Source of the DNA: an uncultured Rikenella sp.
GTDB taxonomy: Bacteria > Bacteroidota > Bacteroidia > Bacteroidales > VadinHA17
Length of the DNA stretch: 64,000 nucleotides
Direction of reading: 5' to 3'
Assembly: GCA_964455705.1 (NCBI GenBank)
Contig: CAYVYM010000001.1
Coordinates: forward strand, 131,930 to 195,929
In this document: positions 27,996 to 35,739 of the stretch, piece by piece
How the letters are laid out: the number at the start of each line of letters is the position of its first letter
Numbering within the stretch: position 1 is the stretch's first letter
Position numbers and translations under genes: made by a program
The notes under the pieces: model-generated
What the model saw: only the letters and a program-made list of their open reading frames with translations
Told to the model about the DNA's origin: nothing
Databases searched by the model: none

Positions 27996-28160
27996 GGTCT
28001 GAGGTCTGAAGGTCTAAAGTCTGAAGGTCTATAAAGTCCATAAAGTCCTAAAAGTCGAAAGTCAAAAGTCTGAAGGATTTGCGATTTGCGATTTGCGAAT
28101 TTTGATTAAATCGACAATCGAAAATCTGAAATCGAAAATTCCTCTACTGCCTACTGCCTG
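27990..28160. repeat. Composite tract of four successive degenerate 7-9-nt tandem repeat families
   Basis: Read directly from the sequence: 11 GTC-initiated units (GTCTGAG, GTCTGAAG, GTCTAAA, GTCCATAAA, GTCGAAA...), then 3x GATTTGC, then about 5 GAnAATC-like units, then CTACTGC repeats. The tract fills the whole spacer between convergent pyrF and the MFS gene and overlaps both stop codons. Confidence 0.85.
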
Positions 28161-29377
28161 GTCCCAACCTCTGCTGCCACCATCTTCCTTATCGGGGGAA
28201 TAAGAAGAAATGCGGCGATGCCCAGTGAGGCAATGCCGCTGCCGGAGATGATAAATGCGTTCCCTATCCCTATCGTGTCAGCAATATATCCTGTTGCCAG
28301 CAAGCCTATCATTGAGGGGAGCAGGGTTATGCTGGAGTAAAGGGAGAACACCCTTCCGAGGGCTGTCGGTTCCACCATGGTCTGCATTACAACCGTGAAG
28401 GAACCTGAATAGAGGGTCATGGTGATACCGCCTACAGCAGTGATGGCGGCGAAGATGGCGAACCCTGAAGGAGGCAGTAACCCGGAAAAGATGAAAGTGA
28501 GTCCCAGTATAAGATAGGTCATGTTGATGAGAACCACCTTATAGTTATTTAGGCGGCGGTGCCCTATAATAGCTCCTCCGATCAGCATTCCTATACCCCA
28601 TGCTATCTCGACAATGCTCATCATGTACGTCGTGCCGCTGAAGTGCTCGAGAGTCATCAGCGGGAAAAGTGCTGCAACAGGCATGATGAAGAACATGGCT
28701 GACAGAGCCAGGATGAACAGCCAGAGCAGTCCCGGCTTGCTGTAGATCTCCCTCAGCCCTTCCATGAGCTCTCTGCCAAGATGAGGCTTGGCTGTTTCCG
28801 ACCTGTCAGGATCGGGAATGTGAACCATGAGTAGTGTTGTCACGGCAATAAGGGCGCCTGCCACGTCAATCAGAAGTATCCATTGCAGTTGGAAGAGGCT
28901 TATCAGCAGGGCAGCCAGGGCAGGACTGGCAATAGTACTGACAGAGTGTATCATATTGTTTATGCCCGCTATCCTCATCAGCTTGTCCTTTGGTGCCAGC
29001 AGCGGAACCGAAGCCTGCATGGCGGGTACATGGAAAGCCATCCCGGCAGAGCGCATCATCAGAAGCAGATAGATATAGAAGATTCGCGGCTCGGTAATCC
29101 AGAAGAGCGCAGCCAGTGCCAGGGTACATAACGCAATGAAGAGATCGGCGAAGATCATCGTTCGCTTACGGTTCCAGCGGTCAATGAACACACCGGTGAA
29201 GAGCCCGAGAACCATCTGTGGCAGCAGGGAGGCAATGACCGCATAGGCCAGCACCTCCGCCGACCTGGTCTCAATGCTGAGCCAGAAGATGACAGCATAA
29301 GCCACCACGTAGCTGCTCAGTGTTGAGAACAACTGCCCCGTAAATATTATTGTGAAGACTCTTTTCCAGTCTGACAT
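28151..29377 (-). CDS. MFS transporter (EntS/macrolide-efflux-like)
   Basis: About 408 aa with roughly 12 hydrophobic spans and the MFS loop motif GVFIDRWNRKR. I prefer ATG 29377; the ORF track opens at GTG 29386. Confidence 0.85.
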   Translation of the reverse strand: MSDWKRVFTIIFTGQLFSTLSSYVVAYAVIFWLSIETRSAEVLAYAVIASLLPQMVLGLFTGVFIDRWNRKRTMIFADLFIALCTLALAALFWITEPRIFYIYLLLMMRSAGMAFHVPAMQASVPLLAPKDKLMRIAGINNMIHSVSTIASPALAALLISLFQLQWILLIDVAGALIAVTTLLMVHIPDPDRSETAKPHLGRELMEGLREIYSKPGLLWLFILALSAMFFIMPVAALFPLMTLEHFSGTTYMMSIVEIAWGIGMLIGGAIIGHRRLNNYKVVLINMTYLILGLTFIFSGLLPPSGFAIFAAITAVGGITMTLYSGSFTVVMQTMVEPTALGRVFSLYSSITLLPSMIGLLATGYIADTIGIGNAFIISGSGIASLGIAAFLLIPPIRKMVAAEVGTRQ

Positions 29378-29665
29378 GATGCCCACTGATGATTTCCAGC
29401 CGTTAATAATGACAACACAAATATAATCTCTTTTGTTCCAGACATGAAAGATGGCACATCAAAGTGGCCATCCTGCTTCCACATCAGGCAGAATTCGCCC
29501 AGTATAAAAATGTGGTAATTTTCCCTGGAGCAGGAGCCGGCGAAATTCCGGCAACATGTGAATAATGTAATTCTTTCAACAAATTGTGTAACAGCGCAAA
29601 GGTAAAAATGATTCAACTTTGCAGTGTAATCTGGGAGATCACGCAAACAATTAAAATTCCGGTAT

Positions 29666-29824
29666 ATGCAAAAGAAGTACATACAATTAGAGGAGGACCC
29701 TGACACAAATGCCAAATTATCATTTGCGATCCTTCTGGCGTATGGGATTGTAGTAACCGGATTTCTGGCGATTGTAGGGTTAATTTACGGATTTTCCCAG
29801 ATGATAAATAAACTTGCCTTGTGA
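29666..29824 (+). CDS. Possible small single-pass membrane protein (52 aa)
   Basis: ATG-to-TGA ORF, hand-translated as MQKKYIQLEEDPDTNAKLSFAILLAYGIVVTGFLAIVGLIYGFSQMINKLAL. It has one clear hydrophobic helix. It is below the ORF-track length cutoff and divergent from the MFS gene. A hairpin with a T-tract follows at 29989-30039. Confidence 0.3.
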   Translation: MQKKYIQLEEDPDTNAKLSFAILLAYGIVVTGFLAIVGLIYGFSQMINKLAL

Positions 29825-29988
29825 TAAGGTAAGGATTCAGGGGCAGATTTACTGCCTCAGCGTTCTATGAAGGAAGAGTTTTATTTGAGTTTTTGGGGTT
29901 TAGTTTTCGTTGGTTAGAAGTGTTCCCCCGGTGCTGAAACCCCGGCGGACAAATCAGGGTTAAAGGGTTACAGGTTTCAGGATTAAAA

Positions 29989-30039
29989 GGGTATTCAGAA
30001 TTCAGTTTAACTGATGACTGAATACCCATTTTTCTTTTC
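29989..30039. terminator. Bidirectional terminator-like hairpin
   Basis: 10-bp arms GGGTATTCAG (29989-29998) and CTGAATACCC (30018-30027). On the plus strand TTTTTCTTTT follows. On the minus strand TTTTAATCC follows. It lies downstream of the seven-gene minus-strand operon and of the small plus-strand ORF. Confidence 0.5.
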
Positions 30040-30137
30040 TCCCCCGGACACAACCTGGTGTCCTGAGTTCATGAAGTGTAATACCCTGACTATCAATTCC
30101 TAAATTCGCCCTTACTGCCTGCTGCCTGATTGATTTT

Positions 30138-31109
30138 TCAATTCCCGATCAGCGGCAACAGTCTGCTGATGTCTTCCATACTAAATGCCTCCTTAAACCT
30201 CAAAAGATCGTGACTAGTACTGTTCTTTTCCAGGTACTCTTCCTTCAAATTCCGCAGATACTCCTTATTCTGAATTGCATTAAAGTTTATTATCTGGATT
30301 GTGGACCTTGGCAGTTCCCTGTTCCAGTATTCGGGGTTGACTTTTACTATACGCGGGAATAGGCTGTCCTGGCCGCCATACCCATGCTGGTAGGTAACCC
30401 GTGAGACACCTCCGCCGAAGTATGCCTGTTTATCACGAAATTCCTCAGGAATCTCATTCCAATCCTTCTCAATGAAATCAATCAGGTACTGGGAGGCATC
30501 TTCGTTTTTTGATTCTTCCCTCACCGCTGCGAAGGCCTCACTCACTGTGACTGGAATCCAATAGGGGGGCCTTGACGGATCATAAATAACGAACCACTCA
30601 CCGTCGTAAACATCGATTCCAGGCTCGACAGTCCTTTTTCTTAAAGGGGCTGTAAAATACCCGTGTTTGGCGTTATGGTTGTACGTCGCCTCCCAGCCGG
30701 GTTTAGCCTGGTTGATGTATAATGACCACTCCGGGGGCTCAATGGCATTCATGACTATTGTTCCGTCTTTCCTTCTGAACCATGAGCTGAACTCAAAGCT
30801 GATCCTTGATGGTATCCCATATCCTGCAACCTCTTTGCAGTTGAGATTATAGATCCTTGCCCTGCCTTCGAATCCCCTGATGTCACTCAGGACGGGATTC
30901 TGGCGGATCACACTGACCACATCAGTAATTCTCTCCAGGTTTGTGGTGATCTCACTCTTTGTGAAGCCACAGTCATACCCTACATAGTTTGTGCGGCTAA
31001 GGATTGTGAAAGTGCCGGGTTTATCGCGTACCAATGACGATTCCTGGGCAATCAGCCCGGGGAGTAGTCCTGTTGCAAAAACAAGGCATATGGCAATTTT
31101 CTTTTTCAT
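30138..31109 (-). CDS. Secreted hypothetical protein, paralog 1 (operon gene 7)
   Basis: 323 aa. Signal peptide MKKKIAICLVFATGLLPGLIAQ. About two-thirds identical by eye to the upstream neighbour (shared blocks GEWFVIYDPSRPPYWIPVTVSEAF, AYFGGGVSRVTY, FPRIVKVNP.YWNRELPRS.IQIINF). I recognise no family. Confidence 0.8.
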   Translation of the reverse strand: MKKKIAICLVFATGLLPGLIAQESSLVRDKPGTFTILSRTNYVGYDCGFTKSEITTNLERITDVVSVIRQNPVLSDIRGFEGRARIYNLNCKEVAGYGIPSRISFEFSSWFRRKDGTIVMNAIEPPEWSLYINQAKPGWEATYNHNAKHGYFTAPLRKRTVEPGIDVYDGEWFVIYDPSRPPYWIPVTVSEAFAAVREESKNEDASQYLIDFIEKDWNEIPEEFRDKQAYFGGGVSRVTYQHGYGGQDSLFPRIVKVNPEYWNRELPRSTIQIINFNAIQNKEYLRNLKEEYLEKNSTSHDLLRFKEAFSMEDISRLLPLIGN

Positions 31110-31202
31110 ACATGTATAATTCCAAAATTAGGTTTTACAGAGTCAACAATGACAGTAAGGGCTGATCTCAGGACTTCATTCCGGCAGGCACAGTGTGCAG
31201 GA

Positions 31203-32183
31203 CTATTTCCCGATCAGTGGTACCAGCCTCTTGATTTCTTCCAGATCAAATGTCTCCTCAAAGCGATACAGATCATGAGCTATACTGTTCTTCTCCCGGG
31301 CTTCCTCCCTCGATCGCCTGAGATATTCCTTATTCTGGACTGCGGTGAAATTAATGATCTGGATTGCAGAACGGGGCAGCTCCCTGTTCCAGTAATCCGG
31401 ATTCACCTTTACTATACGCGGGAAGATGCTATCCTGATTGTCAGACCCGGGCCTGTAAGTAACCCGTGAGACACCCCCGCCGAAGTATGCAGGCTTGTCG
31501 CGAAAATCTTCCGGAATTTCATTCCACTCCTTTTCAACTAAATCATTCAGCATCTTGACGGCTGTTTCGTTTTTTTCTTCATTTATATTTTCCCTTGCCG
31601 CAACGAAAGCCTCACTCACCGTGACGGGGATCCAGTAGGGGGGTCTGGACGGATCATAAATAACAAACCACTCACCGCCATAGACATCGATGCCGGGTTC
31701 AGGAGTCTTCTTGTCCAGTGGTGCGGTGAAATACCCGCGTTTGGCGGCATGACTGTATGTCGCCTGAAATCTTGGCTCAACTTTGTTGATAAGAAGAGAG
31801 AATTCGGGCACTTCATATGGATGCATTGTCACTGTTCCATCTCTCTTTCGGTACCACGAGCTGAATTCAAAGCTGACCCTTGATGGTATTCCGTATCTCC
31901 CGGGCTCTTTACAGCCGGGGTTGTAGATTATTGCCCTGCCTTCGAATCCCACAGGATTCGCGAGGACAGGATTTTGCCTGACAATGTTGATGAGGTCCGT
32001 TAGTATCTGAGCGTTAGCGGCTACCTCTGCTTTTGTGTATCCGCAGTTGGAGTTAACATAATCAGGATGACTCCGGATAGTGAAAGTGCCGGGTTTGTCG
32101 GTTACCAGAGGCAACTCCTGGGCAATCAGCCCTGTGACCAGTCCGGTTGCAAGGACAAGGCATATGGCAATCTTCATTTTCAT
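31203..32183 (-). CDS. Secreted hypothetical protein, paralog 2 (operon gene 6)
   Basis: 326 aa. Signal peptide MKMKIAICLVLATGLVTGLIAQ. It is a paralog of 30138..31109. Confidence 0.8.
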   Translation of the reverse strand: MKMKIAICLVLATGLVTGLIAQELPLVTDKPGTFTIRSHPDYVNSNCGYTKAEVAANAQILTDLINIVRQNPVLANPVGFEGRAIIYNPGCKEPGRYGIPSRVSFEFSSWYRKRDGTVTMHPYEVPEFSLLINKVEPRFQATYSHAAKRGYFTAPLDKKTPEPGIDVYGGEWFVIYDPSRPPYWIPVTVSEAFVAARENINEEKNETAVKMLNDLVEKEWNEIPEDFRDKPAYFGGGVSRVTYRPGSDNQDSIFPRIVKVNPDYWNRELPRSAIQIINFTAVQNKEYLRRSREEAREKNSIAHDLYRFEETFDLEEIKRLVPLIGK

Positions 32184-32195
32184 TACATTGAAGTT

Positions 32196-34565
32196 TTAAT
32201 ATTTTGTACTGACAGAATCAACTGTGACAGTAATAGCCGACTTGAGAACATCCATCCCGGCAGAGACTGACTCAGGGCATTTTTCAAACTGGTTCAGGAA
32301 ATCCTTCCCGGCTTTGTCGTAGTCTTTTGTACGTTCAATTAACGAATCAAGCTGAGGTTTTACCTCTGTGACCCTCCTCTGGAATGTGGCAGGATCTTCA
32401 ACAGCAGCAGCCTGGATTGTATCTGTCAGTGCTGACAGCTCATTCAGGGCGATTGAATAATCATTTACTGCAATACTATTGAACTTTTCAACGCAGTCAC
32501 CGATATACTTGATTCCTGCCTGCAGAGTAGATATCCCCTCAATGTCAGGGGTAATGCCCTGAGTCTTATCGCATCCGCACTCTCCCGGTGAATATGGCAG
32601 ACCCACCTGCAGTGGCTCGCTTGTCGGCGGTGGCGGTGAGATTGGGGGTTCTTCATCTCCCGGCTCCGGTTTTGGTTGCTCCGTTGGGGGCTCCTGTACC
32701 GGAGGGGTGTCGGTCTTAGGTTTGGGGTCAACAGGAGGTTTCGGTTCAGGTGGCTCAGGAGTGGGGTCTGTCTTTGGTTCTTCCGTTTTCTGAGGTTCGG
32801 TTTTATCGCCCTTGCAGATCTGTTGAAGTTGTTCTATTCTCTTAAGGTTCTTTAGAGCTTGATCCCAGTTTTCATGCGCACCCTTCAGAGCCTCCTCATG
32901 GGACCATATCTTCCCGATGTTATCTCCGAATCTGGTCCCGGCCTGGGCAACACCGTAGATCCCGGTCAGTGTGCTCATGGCTCCTCCTGCAAGCAGACCC
33001 GCTGCACCTATAATGGCATCCTGTGACTGTGCCGACCCGTTGAAACTACCAATCATTTCTGAGATTACCGCTCCTGCATTAGCGATCTCTGAGGCGGCTT
33101 TAATTGCTCCCGAAGTCTTTCCGCCTGATATGATTGTAAGTCCTGCCTTAGCAAGCAGGTCCACAGCTGATGCGGTAAGGTCATCTACTGCTTTTTCAAA
33201 TTCTTTTGAGCCGGTAACCTTCTTTATTTTCTCCGCTGCTTCCTGCAGGTTTTCAATTGCGGCCTGCTTCATCCTCTCAAGCGCTTCCACAGTCTCCTTA
33301 TCACAGTTAACAACTTCCACTTCAACGGTCGGACCTGTAGCATGGCCACAGTTTGTTTTTGCCTGAAGGGTGGTATTTCCTGCACGTGAACCTGTTAATT
33401 CAACTGCTCCTGGTAGTCCAACAGCCGACAGAACGGATTTATCAGCGGCGACGAAATCGACCAGTTCTTCCAGATTCGATGGTTGGGCCGTAACAGGAAT
33501 TTTAAGTACACCTGAAAGTCTCTTTCCATCTATATCGAAGAGTGCAATCTGCGGAATCTCCTGCCCGCCATTGTAATTTTCGATATTCACATAGGAAGCA
33601 GGTTGAGATGCTGTATTCGTTTTCCCTGTAGGGGTGGTGTACTCCACATACACCGTACCTTTTCCCGGTGTTGCACCTGTCAGTATAGCAGAAGATTCAC
33701 CGTCGGCTTCAACATTGAGTAAAGTGCCTGGCTCGACCCAGAACCGAAACTTTCCGCCTTCAGGTTTTCCGGATGCCATAACCTCGGTTTGTTCTCCTGT
33801 GCCGAGTTCAGAACAACCGTATAGAGACACCTCCGGTTTGTCTGGTTCCTTATAGGGGCTGATTGTAATATCCAGAGTGGTTTCTCTGTTGATAAATGCT
33901 GTGCCATCAACTGAATGTCTTTGTTTTTGTTCATTGAATTTCCATGTTGCCTGGTAACCCGAAGCAGTTTTAATAATTTTGCATTTATTGTCGGAGCCCA
34001 CATCGCAGCCACCTGCACATGAAATATAATACTCATCAATATCACCTCCATAATCTTTCCATTCACCGTTAAACATGCGTCCCTTATCCGACCCTGTTGC
34101 AATGATTCCGGTATTGATGCTGACTGATTTGCTATCGTCGGCATAATAGAATTGTACAGCAGCATTAGGCGCCGAAGAGCCGGAAACATTAATATCCCTG
34201 TTATCAGCATGTATCATCGTACCATCAATGGTTTCAAGGAAAGTTGAAGATTCAGAGTGTGATCCCTGTCCTGTAATAGAAAGGGTTACCTGATCACCAG
34301 CGTCTGAATCGAATGTGAAATCCTTGTCCGGGCTTTCAGCCTGATTTTCGATGATAGCCGTAATAACGCAACTCGACACGGTTCTTACTGTAGCGTGTTT
34401 TTCTTTATCCCATTTTTTATTCCCGGCCATAAAACTTATAAGCGTATCCCTCTGCATAGAGTAGCTAACAGATATTTTAGCTGTAAGCAACCACAATCCC
34501 GTATCCTGAGCAAGAGAAGTAATGCTCATTATCAGCAGAGCGAAAAGAACGGTAGACTTTTTCAT
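32196..34565 (-). CDS. Large secreted protein: beta-rich N-terminus, two Ig-like (Big_2-like) segments, Gly/Ala-rich hydrophobic helical segment, Pro-rich linker, helical C-terminus (operon gene 5)
   Basis: 789 aa. Signal peptide MKKSTVLFALLIMSITSLAQ. Ig-like stretches (e.g. VELTGSRAGNTTLQAKTN...TVEVEVV). Residues ~474-547 read GLTIISGGKTSGAIKAASEIANAGAVISEMIG...AIIGAAGLLAGGAMSTLTGIYGVAQAG. Residues ~588-651 form a PEPK-type proline-rich spacer. Confidence 0.8.
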   Translation of the reverse strand: MKKSTVLFALLIMSITSLAQDTGLWLLTAKISVSYSMQRDTLISFMAGNKKWDKEKHATVRTVSSCVITAIIENQAESPDKDFTFDSDAGDQVTLSITGQGSHSESSTFLETIDGTMIHADNRDINVSGSSAPNAAVQFYYADDSKSVSINTGIIATGSDKGRMFNGEWKDYGGDIDEYYISCAGGCDVGSDNKCKIIKTASGYQATWKFNEQKQRHSVDGTAFINRETTLDITISPYKEPDKPEVSLYGCSELGTGEQTEVMASGKPEGGKFRFWVEPGTLLNVEADGESSAILTGATPGKGTVYVEYTTPTGKTNTASQPASYVNIENYNGGQEIPQIALFDIDGKRLSGVLKIPVTAQPSNLEELVDFVAADKSVLSAVGLPGAVELTGSRAGNTTLQAKTNCGHATGPTVEVEVVNCDKETVEALERMKQAAIENLQEAAEKIKKVTGSKEFEKAVDDLTASAVDLLAKAGLTIISGGKTSGAIKAASEIANAGAVISEMIGSFNGSAQSQDAIIGAAGLLAGGAMSTLTGIYGVAQAGTRFGDNIGKIWSHEEALKGAHENWDQALKNLKRIEQLQQICKGDKTEPQKTEEPKTDPTPEPPEPKPPVDPKPKTDTPPVQEPPTEQPKPEPGDEEPPISPPPPTSEPLQVGLPYSPGECGCDKTQGITPDIEGISTLQAGIKYIGDCVEKFNSIAVNDYSIALNELSALTDTIQAAAVEDPATFQRRVTEVKPQLDSLIERTKDYDKAGKDFLNQFEKCPESVSAGMDVLKSAITVTVDSVSTKY

Positions 34566-34584
34566 ATTTTATATTTATCTGATT

Positions 34585-35739
34585 TCAATTGCGTACCAGA
34601 CTGAAGTCAATTTTTACCGTTGTCTTCTCCGTCCCCTGTGATACATCTTTTTCTTCATTCTGACTCAACACCTTATCCTCAGGGGTACCCTGGTATGGCC
34701 CGAAGACTGCAGTAAACGGCACATCTATGCTCTTGGTTATTGTATCAGGTGGTTCGTTCTCATTATTACCGGTACACGGCCCGTCAACTTTCTTCTCCGT
34801 GGTAATCTTCATCGTTCCCTTTTCGGAAGTGGCCTTTACAGTCAGGAGGTAAGTGCCATCATCAAGAAAAGTAATCCTGATTCTGGCATCAGATACCTGT
34901 GCCCCGTCAGAAACGCTTTCCCTTGAAAGACCCTGGACCTTTGCCTCTGATTCTTTCGTTTGGGTAATTTTTGCATGACCTTTAATACCATCCTTACAGA
35001 CATAGCAGGAGTGGCTGATGATTGTCCTGTAATTCTCCTTGAGATCATATGTGACAGTACCGGAAGCACCTGCCAGGGATTCCTTTACCAGCTCCCATCT
35101 GAGGGTCGAATTGCTCTTAATCTCCACATCCGTGGCAATCAGGCCGGCGTCGCACGGGATAGAACTGGATGACGATTCATCCTTCTCGCTTTTAACTTCG
35201 ATGTTTACGGTGCCTGTATAAGGGCAGATCTCATATTTCTTCAGCTGATCCATCAGCCTTTTTACTGGCTTTATGGTTGATTCCCCTGTGACTTCTGCGG
35301 GTGAGAACGGCTCACTGAAATCTGCGATTATCTCTCCCTCTTTGTTTGTGCAGACTACTGTAGCCTGGGCCATATCCTCGGAATTGACGAACATGCTGTA
35401 TTTTACGGCTAAGTCAGGGTTGGCCAGGGATTGGGCGATTTTACTGACAACAGGTTTTATATCGCGGCCTCCGAATTCCGGGGTTGACTGCAGGCGCAAT
35501 TCATTCATGCTTGACTGTATCGCCTTAGGATCGGTCACCCCCACACAGGGGTAATTCCTTTCCATTTCACTAACCATGTCGGTGATGAATATATCATTAA
35601 GACCTCTTGACAGGTAAAGGAGATTACTGTCCGCCGAACCAGCTTTTGGCACCAACAGCATCCTCAGATCCTGGCAGGAAACCTGCTGAACAGGCAGCAA
35701 CATCAGTGCGAAAAGGAAAACCGGGATTGAACACTTCAT
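34585..35739 (-). CDS. Secreted Cys-containing hypothetical protein (operon gene 4)
   Basis: 384 aa. Signal peptide MKCSIPVFLFALMLLPVQQVSCQ. The start overlaps the upstream stop (ATGA). I recognise no family. Confidence 0.75.
   Translation of the reverse strand: MKCSIPVFLFALMLLPVQQVSCQDLRMLLVPKAGSADSNLLYLSRGLNDIFITDMVSEMERNYPCVGVTDPKAIQSSMNELRLQSTPEFGGRDIKPVVSKIAQSLANPDLAVKYSMFVNSEDMAQATVVCTNKEGEIIADFSEPFSPAEVTGESTIKPVKRLMDQLKKYEICPYTGTVNIEVKSEKDESSSSSIPCDAGLIATDVEIKSNSTLRWELVKESLAGASGTVTYDLKENYRTIISHSCYVCKDGIKGHAKITQTKESEAKVQGLSRESVSDGAQVSDARIRITFLDDGTYLLTVKATSEKGTMKITTEKKVDGPCTGNNENEPPDTITKSIDVPFTAVFGPYQGTPEDKVLSQNEEKDVSQGTEKTTVKIDFSLVRN

Noticed and set aside
27990-28160. Periodic tract considered as a CRISPR array
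   Set aside because: The units are only 7-9 nt and contiguous. There is no 25-40-nt repeat/spacer alternation, and no cas genes occur in the window.
29347-29715. 122-aa minus-strand ORF upstream of and overlapping the MFS start
   Set aside because: It overlaps the MFS N-terminus in another frame and has an odd Cys/Phe-rich composition. No signal or domain is recognisable. The plus-strand 52-aa membrane ORF explains part of this interval better.
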